DNA of 64,000 bases from Octopus vulgaris. Its lineage: Eukaryota. Position 1 is the first letter of the stretch. Each line of letters begins with the position of its first letter. Positions 1-12,415 of this stretch are shown here, one piece after another. The stretch lies in contig OX597815.1 in assembly GCA_951406725.2 (NCBI GenBank), positions 142,290,001 to 142,354,000 on the forward strand. Direction: 5' to 3'. The translations under genes and the position numbers were made by a program. The notes beneath the pieces were generated by a model that searched no databases, was not told the DNA's origin, and saw only the letters and a program-made list of their open reading frames with translations.

Positions 1-3000
1 TTTCTTTTTGACGTGCCCTGGTGTAATGTTGAAGAGAGCAGGTCCAATTGAGGTGAAATAGTTGTGCCGTATTGTCGTTATGTGATGCGATTTAGATTTT
101 TGTTGTGGACGGATGGCACGTGGTCCAAGCCTTGGATGCATTTTGAAGGTGATGCCAACATCATTCGGACAGTGCTGGTGGAATATTTTCCACATCATAC
201 AGATAATGTAGCGTTCACGGCGTCGTTGGAGTGAATACAATTTCAGCTTCTCTAGTCTACCCCAGTAGTCAAGGTCTGACATGCCATCTATCTTTTTTGT
301 GATTGACCTTTGGGGAGCTTCAATTCTCATAATATTTTGTTTTGTGTAGGGAGACCACAGTGGACAGCAGTATTCAAGGTGGGGTCGGGCAAAAGTGGAG
401 AAGAGAAGGATAATAGCGTGGGAATCTCTCAACTGGAAGGTTCTGATGTTACTGTGTTTGATGGTATCAGTAATATCATTTATGTAGATGATGAAGAGAA
501 GTGGGCCCAACACAGTGCCTTGTGGGACACCACTGCTGACTTTGGCTGGGCTGGATTTGACTCCTTCGACTACAACATGTTGGGTTCTGTTAGACAGGAA
601 GCACTTGATCCACTGCAGCAACTTTCCAGTGACACCAATATTGGACAGCTTTCTCAGAAGGATCTTATGATCAACCCTGTCAAAGGCCTTGCTGAAATCA
701 AGGTAGATGACATCAGTGTTGGAACCTTCTCCCAAGGCTCTCAAGATGTCATCAAAATGATGCAGTAGCTGCGTCAGGCAATCTCTCCCATTACGGAATC
801 CATGCTGGTTGGGGTTCAGCATATTATGACTCTCAAGGAAGTGAGTCATACGCGATCTCAGCACCCTCTCAAATACCTTGATGATATGAGAGGTGAGTGA
901 GATTGGACGGTAATTCACGGCAAGCGATTTGTTTCCTTTTTTGAAAACTGGGACAACAGACTGGGATAGAGGGTCCTCTGGTATATATCCAGCATCCAGT
1001 GAGTTCCGCCACAGATTGGCTAGAGGGGGTGCAAGTTGGTTTTGACACATCTTCAAGACACAAGCAGGGAACCTATCGGGACCTACTGCTGAATTATGCT
1101 TCATTTCCTTTATTGCTGCTAAGACATCAGGAGCCTCAAATGTTATGTCCGATAAAGTGTATTGGGGAGTAACATCACTGATACAGCCCAGATCAGTCAT
1201 ATCAGGATTGCTGAAAACAGAGCAATATTGTTTCTGCAATATCTCTCCCATGGTTTTGGCATTGTCTTGAAGAGTACCATTTTCATCAATCAGAGGGCCA
1301 ACAGTAGAACCAGTGACTCTGTGTTTTTTTGCAAATGAAAAGAACACTTTGGGATTGAGTTTGATCTTCTCAATGGCCCAGGCCTCTTCAGCTCTTCGCT
1401 GACTATTGATGATAGACATCATGTTGTTTTGGAGTTTATGTTTTTTAATCTCTAGCGACGAGATGGCAGTCAGGTTGGTGTGTTGCTGTTGCCAGTATTT
1501 CAGCATGTTGATCTTTTTGTTGATTCTTTTAATTTTCCTTATGAGAGATTTTCTATTTCTAGGGATTCGACACTTAGATTTGTTTGCAGATATTAATGGG
1601 GTGTGTCTTGCACATATGTTCATGATGGTGTCTACAAGTGACTGCCAGGACTTTTTAATGTTAGTGGGTGTGTATGTGTGCGTGAAGGACCAATCGACTT
1701 GTGCAAGATCATTATTGATCGCTTCCCAGTTTGCATTGTGGAAATCCATAGTGTCAAATGGATGAACAAGAGGGATGACATTTGTTTTGCATTTTGGCCA
1801 GTGAAATCTCAGATCACAGAGAACCATGTCATGGTCGGAGAGTAGGGTTTTCTCCACTGCAATATTGTGGATAGTATCAGTGTGATTGCTGAAAATTAAG
1901 TCTAAGACGTTTTTGTGACATCTCGTTGGTTCGAGTACCAGTTGGGACAAGAAGAAGTCATCCATGAAGTCAAGAAGCGATTCCACTGCCTCCCTGTCAG
2001 GGGTTGAGAGAGAAGAACCTGGCGGCAGACTGTTTGTAGACCAATCAACCCCGGGAAGGTTGAAGTCTCCCATCATTAAAATGTTGTCAGGTTGACACTG
2101 CTGAATGAAACACTTTATGCTGTTGAGGCATTCCTTGAAGCATGGTAGGGGCGTTTGGGGTGGTCTGTAGAGCCCAACTACTGTTAAGTTGTTGGTTTGA
2201 CTGAATACAGCGACTGCTTCGCAGTATCCATTCGAAAATATGTCCATGGCTTCTGTTGAGAATGAATCATGGACATAAATGGCAGTCCCACCCTTTCTTC
2301 TGCCAGCACGATCAGCACGAATGGTTTTGAAATTTTTAACTTTCACCTCGGCTTCCAAGTGGAGGTCACTAAGATGAGTTTCAGTGAGGACGAAGAAAGG
2401 GATGTGGTTTGGATGGGCCTCGACCCAGTCCTCCAGGAATCTTATCTTCCATTTTTGTGTATTGGTGGAAGGGCTGATGCCTTCGGCATTAAGCAGAAAT
2501 GTTGAGGCGAGAGTGGATGGTTTTAATTGTTTTGGTGATTTGTTTATTTGATTGCTTTTTAATGGCATGTGCAGTGGGGTATTTGTGGTGGATGGTGGTG
2601 GGTGATAGCTCGGATGTTTTTTTCCAATTCTTTTGCTAGATTCATTATAGCTAAAAAAGAGGAAGAAGAGGTGGTTTCCTGTCTAGGGAACCGCAGGTGA
2701 CTGTGGCCGCGGCTATTTTTATGTGAGTGGTTATCTTTAAATGTCCGACGAGTCCCCGGGAGATGGGTAAAGGGGCAATCCCTGTGCAGACACAATCTGT
2801 CTCGCTGGGAATAGCGGCAGATTTGGGGATTCCTTGTTTGAGATATTGGTGGTTGTGGTGGTGTTGTATTATGGTGGTTGCTGTTGTAGTTTGTGGGGAT
2901 AGAGCGTTTTGTTCCAGGTAAATGGGTGAATTTGCAGTCTCTATCAGTGCACAGTCTATGGCGAAGAGAATATCGGCAAATGATGGGGTTTCGAGTGGGT

Positions 3001-4268
3001 GTGTAGGTGCGTGTGTGTGTGTGTGAGTTGTGAAAGGTGTAGATGATAGTTTGTTGAAGTTTTGGCGACCTTTGTGACCTGTAGGAGGTAAATTCCTTGA
3101 GATAGCATTAGTAGTAGTAGTTGTAGTAGTAGTAGTAGGTAGAAGAGATGTTGACAGTGGTAATGATTGAGGAGGTCGATTCCAAGACAAAGATGTTTGT
3201 CGATACGTAGTTGGAGTAGTACTAGTAGTAGTAAGCAGAGGAGATGGTGTTGACAATGATGATGATTGAGCTGCTGGGGCAGTGAAAGGAAGGGGTGGTG
3301 CTTCCTGCTGTGTGACCCTGATGACTGGGGGGTCAATCGTTTCGTTTAGCAAATCGGCCATTGTAGATGAATCGAGGAGTGGTTCATCCTGTTGTTGTTG
3401 CTGTATCTGTTGTTGTTGTTGCCGCTGAGTTTGTTGTTGAGGTTGTTGTTGTTGTTGCCGCTGAGGTTGTTGCTGCTGAAGTTGTTGTTGTTACTGTAGC
3501 TGTTGTTGTTGTTGTTGCCGCTGAGTTTGTTGTTGTTGAGGTTGTTGTTGTTGTTGTTGCGCCGGTGATGCGTTCGAAGAGAAAACGCATCTCAGTTTAT
3601 CGAAGTGTTTATTTATTAATTTAAAAGCAACTTCGATTTGTTTTAATTTATTTTGTATCTGCTGTTCAGATCGAGTTTGCAAATGGTGAACTGCTCGTTT
3701 AGCAATTTCGTTCAGATACGAAGCACCTATGCTCTCTGTTTCGGTAAGGCCATGCCATGTGTTGATAAGAACGTCGACTTCATTATCAGACCAGTTTTTG
3801 TTGGATTTTTGGTGGCTAGCCATTCTGGTTGATATGTTTTATTAAATTTTATTTTGTTCGTTTGTTTTGTTGATTACTTTTAATTATTTTATTTATTTAT
3901 TTTTTTTTTTTTAAGGAGAAGTATGTAGAATTGATTGTACAGAATGATTGCTGTAATACTGAGAAGTTTGTATTTGAATTATGGGCTTGTAGTTATTTTA
4001 TCTTTCTTTTCTTTTCTTTTTTTTCCCCTCTTTTTCTAATTTTTAATGTGTGGGTGATCCTTTAGTTATCAGAAGGTATTTGATCGTTTGAAAATTATGA
4101 AAATAGTTTGTGGTTAAGGAAAAGTCTACTCACGAGTTGGGAAAAAGCGTGGTTTCAAATATACAGGAATATATGTGATGGTCAATTACGACGAATGTAG
4201 CTGTGAAGCTTGCCGCTGACCGGCGCAGAGAGGAGTAAAAACACGTCTTATCGTCTCAGCTTCAAGAT
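1..4268 (-). mobile_element. APE-RT LINE (CR1/L2/Jockey group), decayed, 5' end present; runs off the window at its 3' side
   Basis: Minus strand encodes RT motifs (NYRPISLTSHIIKVFE, QHGFRNGRDCL, YLDFSKAFDRVDH, SGVPQGTVLGPLLFIIYIND, RPHLEYCCPLWSP) at about 1-1400 and APE motifs (FVLTETHL, GGTAIYV, VGLYRPP, MGDFNLP, LDLIF, SDHDMV) at about 1800-2500. ORF1 pieces lie at 2559-3823 and a UTR ends next to (TA)n at about 4270. Frameshifts and stops are present. Confidence 0.9.
3491..3823 (-). pseudogene. LINE ORF1 N-terminus with Myb/SANT-like (trihelix/MADF-type) domain followed by poly-Q
   Basis: NWSDNEVDVLINTW...RSEQQIQNKLKQI matches the W-S-x-x-E-x-x-x-L-I-x-x-W ... R-S/T-x-x-Q-x-x-x-K pattern. 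It is followed by a CAA/CAG tract and Thr/Pro/Ser-rich ORF pieces at 2651-3361. Confidence 0.6.
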
Positions 4269-4884
4269 GATATATATATATATATATGCAACATGAATGT
4301 ATGTATGTATGCATAGTCTTATTCAGTTTTATATCAAACTTTCTTGCCAATAGAGAAAAAGCAAGTTGCTAACCTCGCGCTAGGCCTCCTTCATTGGAAT
4401 TTCAACATCAACAACAGGGTATGTATGTATGCATGCATGTATATAAATGTGAAAATATTAGTACTGACAGAAAATGAAATGTTCAGAAGGTGGTCGATGC
4501 AGAATGCATAACTGTATTTGTTACAATTTTCTGAATTCAAATTCAGCGATTTTAATTCAGCGATCCAACTTAACATCAACCAGGCTAAGATATAACTCAG
4601 TATACATTCAATCACTGAAAATGATGACATATATTTTAATAACACACTTCTTATATATCTTATCCGTGTCTCACTTGACAAATGTTCGTCATTTGCAATC
4701 TTTAGTAGTTCATTTGTTATCGTTTTAAATATCATATTATGAAACCTAGAATAGAAAACATTGAGAGCCCATTACATTTGAAGAAGATACAGAGAAGTCT
4801 TATGCGATTAATAATCTTTTGGTGATTAATGTTTGAAAACACTGTATAACAATGGAAAAAAACGGAAATGGGAATAACTCTTCT

Positions 4885-7530
4885 TGGGGTTATTTTTTGG
4901 AATATAATTTGGGCAGAAGAAAAAATACACAGCGAAAAGGCCCCCTGGATTGATAGAATATCTAAAGAACTGAACTCCTTAGAAGAGCAACAGTGGGAGG
5001 GTGTCAAGGTAGAAGATATAAGATCTGCTCTCAGGAGGTCAAGCAAATGGAAGTCTCCAGGAAAGGATAAAATCCCTAACTTCTGGTTGAATGCCTTCCC
5101 AGAGAGCCATGAACTGCTAACAGAACTTTACAATGATGTTTTGCAACACCCTAGTAGGATGCCTCCTTGGCTAGTTAATGGGTTAACATTCCTGCTTCCA
5201 AAAAGTGAAGAAACAAATGAACCCAAAAACTATAGACCAATAACCTGCTTAACAACTATGTATAAAACACTAACATCTGTCGTGACGGAATATACCTATA
5301 GTTTTTTGACAGACAGCAGTATATTCCCAAATGGACGGAAAGGATGTAAACGTGGATCCTACGGTTGTAAAGATCAACTACTCATTAATAAGATGATCTT
5401 AGAAGATTGTCACAAACGACACAAAAACTTATCAATAGCCTGGATAGACTATAAAAAGGCTTTTGATAGCCTACCACATAGCTGGATTAAGAAATGCCTA
5501 GAAATGTATAAGATAGCACTTACTCTGCGAAACTTTTTGTCTGTCAGTATGAGATCATGGAGAACCACACTAACTTTGAACAGTGACAATGAATCTCTAA
5601 ATGCTGGTGATGTAAACATTTTCATGTGGCATTTTCCAGGGTGACTCACTATCACCACTCCTCTTCTGTTTAGCCTTAATACCTCTCTCAAAACTGCTCC
5701 ATGACGCGCAGTACGGATATAAAATGTTTGGTAAAAATATAAATCATCTCATTTACATGGATGATTTAAAGCTCTTTGCAAAAAGTGACCAACAACTCAA
5801 GGGCTTACTAGCGATTGTCAAACAATTCAGTGATGACATCAAAATGCAATTTGGCCTCGATAAATGCGCAAAAGCTACCTTTATCAAAGGAAAAATGACA
5901 AAAACATCTATCGTTAACCTTGACCAGCAGAATGTCATAAAAGAATTAGACCCAGCGGAGAACTACAAGTATCTAGGGGTAATTGAAGGAGACGGAATAA
6001 GGCACTCAGAGATGAAGGAAAGGATCAGGAGAGAATGTTATCGCAGAGTAAGAGCAATACTCAATACAGAGCTGAATGCAAGAAACAGGATCGAAGCGAT
6101 CAATGCTTTAGCCATACAAGTCGTAACATACAGTTTCAATATCGTTAACTGGTCAATTACTGAAATATGTAATCTTGACAGAAAAATACGAAAACTGTTG
6201 ACAATGCATATAATGTACCACCCTAAGGCAGATACAGAACGACTTTATCTGCCAAGAAAAGAGGGAGGCCGTGGTCTTTTACAACTGGCAATAACAATGA
6301 AGATTGCTACAATTGGCCTAGACACCTACCTGAAAAACTCTGAGGACTGGATGTTAAAACTTGTCTCAAAACATGAAAACAAGAAAGCATCATACTCAGT
6401 AACAAAACAGGCAAAAGAATATCTAAGTGAATTCCAAATACAACAAATTTCGGAATTAGAGATAGACATACAAGAAACAGGCACAGAAAAAGCTAAGCGC
6501 ATGAAAACCCGTGCTAAATCTACGGCCTTAGATATTCTGAATGATAAATGGCAAGAAAAACCTCTCTATGGCAAATACCCAAAGAGAGCGAATAATGCAG
6601 ATGTTGACAAATCCCTGACCCATCAATGGCTAATGACCTCTGGCTTAAAATCTGAAGCAGAGGGGTTTATCATAGCAGCTCAAGATCAATGCTTACCAAC
6701 AACAAACTACCAGGCCAACATATTAAAGATTGGCAGTAGCCCAACATGTCGTGTATGTCAGCAACAAAATGAAACCATTGATCATGTGGTCTCCAAGTGC
6801 AGTCTTCTAGCGCCTACAGAGTATCTCAACAGGCATGATAGAGCTGCACAATATATTCACCGGGTAATCTGCAAAAACCTGGATTTGCCCCATGAAAAAC
6901 AACTGGTGGGAGCACAAACCAACCCCAGTGCTTGAAAATGACCACATCTCACTCCTCTGGAACTTCACCATTCAAACTGACAGAAAGATAGATGCAAATA
7001 GGCCAGACATCATCTTGAAAGACTTCAAACAAAGAACATGCCTCTTCATTGATATGACTGTCCCAATCGATATAAAGGTATCTGTCAAGACCTACCAAAA
7101 ACTGAGAAAATATAAAGATCTTGAAATAGAAATCAGCAAAATGTGGAACATGAAGACTAAAACAATACCTATTGTCATAGGTGCCTTGGGAATGATAGCA
7201 AAAAGGGCTGATTGCTACCTAACTCAGATACCAGGAAACCCAAAAATGGCAGAAATTCAAAGGATAGTGCTCATGGGAACTGCTCATATCCTACGCAAAA
7301 TACTTTCTATGTAATCTCAAGGTTTAAAACAAACATTTTATTTTTATTTTTATTTTTTTTTAGACATCCACTAGTACAAGACAAAAAACAACCAAATATA
7401 TGGCACACTAGGCATAACAACAACGTGAACTTCCAACGTGTTGTCTCTTGAGGTCTCTGGGTGAGACTTGGAGCCAACTTGTACAAATATAAAGCAAAAG
7501 TCAAACGTAGAATAGTAATAATAATAATAA
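4885..7530 (+). mobile_element. R4/Dong-type RLE non-LTR retrotransposon (family A), 5'-truncated, about 2 frameshifts
   Basis: ORFs 4868-5644, 5724-6935 and 6892-7314 give RT (WKSPGKD, NYRPITCL, WIDYKKAFDS, GIFQGDSLSP, YMDDLKLF), a CCHC knuckle (CRVC..ETIDHVVSKC), RHD and the RLE motif RPDII..FIDMTVP..KYKDL. The 3' UTR ends in (TAA)n. Confidence 0.95.
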
Positions 7531-7624
7531 TATATATATATATATATAATAAATTTAGGGTGAATACTTGATAAGTGTCAGCACTGGTATACGCCAGCTA
7601 GTAGCAGAGGTTAGAGGGTATATA

Positions 7625-7781
7625 TATCAAATGAATTCAAAAACAGAACACAAAGGATGTCGCGGTACACGTGTTTCAAGCTTTGTAAACGACCTGTTCT
7701 TACATCATTGTATAATCGACATAAATGATGTAAGAATGTACCGCGACATGCTTTGTGTTCTGTTTTTGATTTCATTTGATA
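7625..7781. repeat. Inverted repeat with 45-bp arms, inside a probable Penelope pseudo-LTR remnant
   Basis: 7625-7669 versus 7737-7781 with 2 mismatches. An inner hairpin (ttcttacatcat/atgatgtaagaa) is present, and GAAACACGTGTA lies on the minus strand at 7666-7677. Confidence 0.8.
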
Positions 7782-8241
7782 CACACGTATATATATATAT
7801 ATGTATTATAAATGTAGATATTAATAACGCTAATAAACATGCTGATTCATTGTATATTTATGGATTAATTATAATAGCATATTTAATCCGGCTTAGGGAG
7901 CAAAATGAATTTATGGTATCATAGAAATTGGTATAAATTATATAGTTATTAAGTTGGTAATTTGCAAGAAAATGTGACGTGTTGGGGACGTTTTGTTATA
8001 AAAAATACGAATTTAACACAATCAAATTCATAATAAAATGTACACGAAAACTATGTTTTCTTATTCGTAACCTTGAGATTTGTTGTACAGTGTAATTAAA
8101 GACGTAAACAGGAAGAGTTGCATTTGTTTCGGGGAAGATACTTTACACATACTGAGAAGTAGGGATCATTTTAACACTATTTGAATTATTGCTCGAGCAA
8201 GGACGCAGTAAAATGGCTGAAACAAGTAAAGATGTAAAAGA

Positions 8242-8305
<64 letters not shown>

Positions 8306-10161
8306 CTGAAAACAATAGTGACTAACCTTTTCTGCGTGTCTCGTGGATGCACAGCCTTATGTATTACAGAATACGAACAGAATAGTAATTTACGGATAGC
8401 TTTGCGCACACAGATCTTATTCGTCTGTCGAGGACAGAATAATATAGCAATTGTCTTTCCCAGTGAAGGCTTTTGGATACAAAACCAACATTACCACTAT
8501 CACTCTACTTCTTTTAATTCAAGGTTTATGGACGTTTTCTGGCAATTTGCATCTATATTCCACTAAAATATTTTGAATCAGCCGTGTAGTTACAGAATTA
8601 AAAGCACTAAACCTGTTCGGAAGTCGATAACACTGCAAATTAATATGGTGTGCTGCTAAACTACATCAAAGGATTACTGTTTGCCATTCAATCCATATTT
8701 CTTCCATACATAGTTACTTCAATAACCAGATGTATAGTTTAATAGAAATATCCAGTTTATCATAATCAGTCCGAATGTTTGCTATACATTTAGCCTATTC
8801 TGGACGTTTAGAGTCAGATTATATTATTCCATTGAGAAATACATTCGCCATAATGAAAGCAAAAGAGATTCGTAATACCTGAAAAGAAATATTTGAATGA
8901 TAATTATATATCCAATATTCCTCTAGTGCCAAGAGGCAAAGAGAATCAGTGATGATTGATAGTGATAACATTAAAGATGTTATATTGAATATAATCTACT
9001 ATTTTATTCTGCGAGTAAGTTTGTCAAGAGCTTCACGTAATGCCTGAATCAAAGATATATCCGACAAACATGATAAGTGCGTAATCGGTAGAACAGAGAA
9101 ATATGGAATATATTTAGAAAGTGTACTATAATGAAAACTGCATAATTGTCGTGTATTTATTGAGAAATATTTCTAAACGGCTACCTGGGGAAATATACAT
9201 ATGACAAGGTTGGAAACGTAATGTAAAATAGTTGCGTCTTGATATGAAACATAGATTATACTTGTCTTTGTACCGCTTCCTCAATGCAAGTCGTCTACAA
9301 CAGTTCATACATAAATATCATATGATTAAAGAGAGCTGATGAATAATGAGTCTGAAAACGTGGAAAATAAAGCAAGGAAAAATAGAAAATCGATGTCTTT
9401 CAACATAGTACTTTCACAAATAATTAATTAAAATTTATGTTGTAGATTTGATCATTAGATGATAATGAATATATTCCAGCGATCCGAATAACACTCCGAG
9501 CACTAACTTTACGTCGTAGAAGAATCCAATTATTAAGCTATATTACATTGTTGATTACGTCATTCTAATTGTACAAAATGTTTCTATGATCTGTATACTA
9601 TATATCACAATTTATAAAATATTCAGGAAAAGTAAAGAAACACCACTATTACAAAGGATGGAGCGGCGGCCTGCACCAACAGAGACATTTAACAAAATAC
9701 ATAAATTAAAAGGTCTTTCTCTACTAAAAACATCTCGCATCTTTTTACGTGCAATAAATGGCTTTATATATCACGCATAAAATATTAAATCTCCTTATTA
9801 ATTCGCACAGGAATGTTCTCATTCACCACATATGCATTTAAATCACAAACAATTTTCGCAAATACAATTCTTAGAATTTGCAGAAGTTCATATACCATAG
9901 AGGAATTTGTTTTATGAAGCAAGTTTCTGAGCCGTTTACAATTTCAAAAGAAGAGTTCATATTATATACACAATCACTTAAACATTTTCCATTTAAAGAA
10001 CTACCTCGCATAGGTTGTTAAATGGAAAATATTTAATCATCTCAAAAACCACTTGAAGTATTCATTTATAGAAACTATTATGCGAATGCTAGTGCTTGCC
10101 TATACACACACTCACACACACACACACACATACACACACAGACACACACACACATATATAT

Positions 10162-10345
10162 AGGGAGATTTTACGAAAAAAACAAAAGACGAAGACAGGT
10201 GGCATACAAAACAAACAGATGTATTAGTATAACGCTCAGGAAAAGAAAAAGTCTTTTACATTTCGAGCCTGCGCTCTTCGCCAGAAAGGGACACAGAAAA
10301 AACAAGGAGAGAAAAAATGTGTGTAGTGGCTAACGACCTATAGTG
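10162..10345 (-). mobile_element. Short Penelope-type terminal repeat remnant with a degenerate minimal hammerhead
   Basis: Follows a CA/TA tract. Minus strand 10252-10290 reads cttt-CTGGCGA-a-gag cgcagg ctc-GAAA-tg-TA-aaag. Confidence 0.5.
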
Positions 10346-10924
10346 ATAGCTAGCATGGACAACTATAACATGCTATCAAGTATATTAAATATTTAGAAGT
10401 CAATATTTTATCTTACTTTTCTGTTAACAATACGGTATTCATATTTGTGGATCAATACATATTGTTGTGTTTTACAACAAACATTCTTTGTTGGAGGATA
10501 GTTTGTGTTTAAATGTCACATTCGCATAGTTTAGACGTCCTAATTCACGGGGTTTGTTGAAATTAATAATAAAAGGATTTTCCCCTTTCCAATGACGTAA
10601 TCAACATGTTTGCAAACATCTAATTTCAATGCAAATGTTAGAGCTTGTTTCTAATTATGTCAATTTGTTAAAAGTTATGTGTATGTTCTTGAATGCTTCA
10701 ACAATCAATACATGCATAGAATATCGTACAATATGTGTTGTAGTTCTCAATATCCGCAAACAATCTTATTAAGGTATTCCGAGTAAAATCTCATCCATGC
10801 AATTTTATAGTTTTTCTTCGCGATCAGACTGCAAACTGTGACTGACAGGGATGTGAGTTTAAGGAGAAACATAAATTGTAGTGCTGCCGTGTCCATGATA
10901 TTTCACTGTCATTTAAAAGGTTAC

Positions 10925-11385
10925 CAGCCAGGAAGCCATTTTGATTGATACACGACTGCGTTGGGCAAGACATGTTGACAGGATGAGAGAGCACCGCCTA
11001 TCCAAGATCATCATATACTGTGAGAGCACAACTGACCACCGCAACATGGGAGCATTTAAGAAGCGTTAGAAGGACTGCCTGATGCAGTTCCTTAGCCTTA
11101 GCAGTCCACTTTAACAGCTGACCATTCTGCTTGACCCCATACCATTAGCGATGATATTTCCTCCTTTGAGATCTCTCGCAGTGCCTCTCTTGAAGAAAAA
11201 CATTAGAGGCGAAAAAATATTTCAACCGCATCATCAGGCCCAGGGCAATCATACCTCTGTCATCACTGAAATCGGATAGGTCAATATCACATCGGCCTTA
11301 TCAGTCACGAATGAGCGTGCAGAGGACATGGATAACAACTTTCTAATCGTCGTCAGTGAAGACAAGCCAAGATGGAGAAGAAGAA
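10925..11385 (+). mobile_element. RTE-clade LINE 3' fragment
   Basis: Translates to RLRWARHVDRMREHRLSKIIIYCE..RNMGAFKKR*KDCL and a terminal C2H2-like HIGLISHERAC, ending in a short GAA tail. Confidence 0.75.
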
Positions 11386-11984
11386 TATTGAGAGTAAAGT
11401 ATTCCAAATACATTCTTTTCAATGTATATGAAAGAGGAAACAATTAACTTGAGGAACAGATAAAGAGCATTTGATTTGGCGGTTAGAAAGGAGATTAGCA
11501 AAGGCTGTTTTGACGTGATGAGTATAAAAGAGATAAACCTCATTTTTTCTAAACGGATCTATCACAGAAATAATGCTTTGTTGTGAAAATTAAATCTGCC
11601 AAGAACATGTAGAACACTACTTTGCTTTTGGTTTAGTTTTCGGTCCTAGGCTTGTACTGATCAAAACGACGTGTGATCAATCTTTTTTAATATGTTCCTA
11701 TGCTTTTACTGTTGGGTGATAGAAAAGCAGAAAAATAATATGTTATGCAATAAATACATTCTAGATACGACGAAGTTAACTATATGCTGTCGAGAAATTT
11801 ATATCTTACATAGATACGATAGGTACATCTTTTCAATTTGTTTGACTTTTAGCTATAATTTATCCACAGGTAATTCGGCTAAATTGTTGTCGATATATTG
11901 CCCTTTCCGGAAAATAAACCGTAATTATTTCACATACAATGACTTCTTGGATTGTATGAATTCTAATTGACAGGCTATTAATAT

Positions 11985-12415
11985 TGGTTTCAAATAATGG
12001 TACAAGGCCAACAAGTTTGTTGTGCGTGTTAGTCAATTATATCGACCCTAGTGTTAACGTAGTACTTATTTTATCGTCACCAAAAAGATGAAAGACAAAG
12101 CAGAGCTCGGCAGAATTGGAAATCAAAGGGGAAAGACGGACGAAATGTCGCTAAGCATTTTGTTCATGGAGCATTAACGATTCTTATTTCTTTATTGCCC
12201 ACAAGGGGCTAAATATAGAGGGGACAAACAAGGACAGTCAAAGGGATTAAGCCGATTACATCGACCCCAGTGCGTAACTGGTACTTAATTTATCAATCCC
12301 GAAAAGATGAAAGGCAAAGTCGACCTCGGTGAAATTTGAACCCAGAACGAACGGCAGACGAAATACGGCTACGCATTTCGCCCGGCGTGCTAAGGTTTCT
12401 GCCAGCTCGCCGCCT
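11985..12415 (-). mobile_element. tRNA-type SINE (12183-12415) abutting or nested in an older degraded copy
   Basis: Minus strand reads GGCGGCGAGCTGGCAGAAAC..GGGTTCAAAT (B box)..GTCGACTTTGCCTTTCATC..GGGGTCGATGTAATCG. The same family recurs at 47.3-48.1, 50.2 and 57.6-58.2 kb. Confidence 0.85.

Noticed and set aside
310-768. 152-aa + strand ORF (and those at 55328/55357)
   Set aside because: Antisense shadow of the LINE RT frame.
4391-4860. Possible hAT transposase C-terminal remnant on the minus strand
   Set aside because: Only vague similarity and no intact diagnostic motif.
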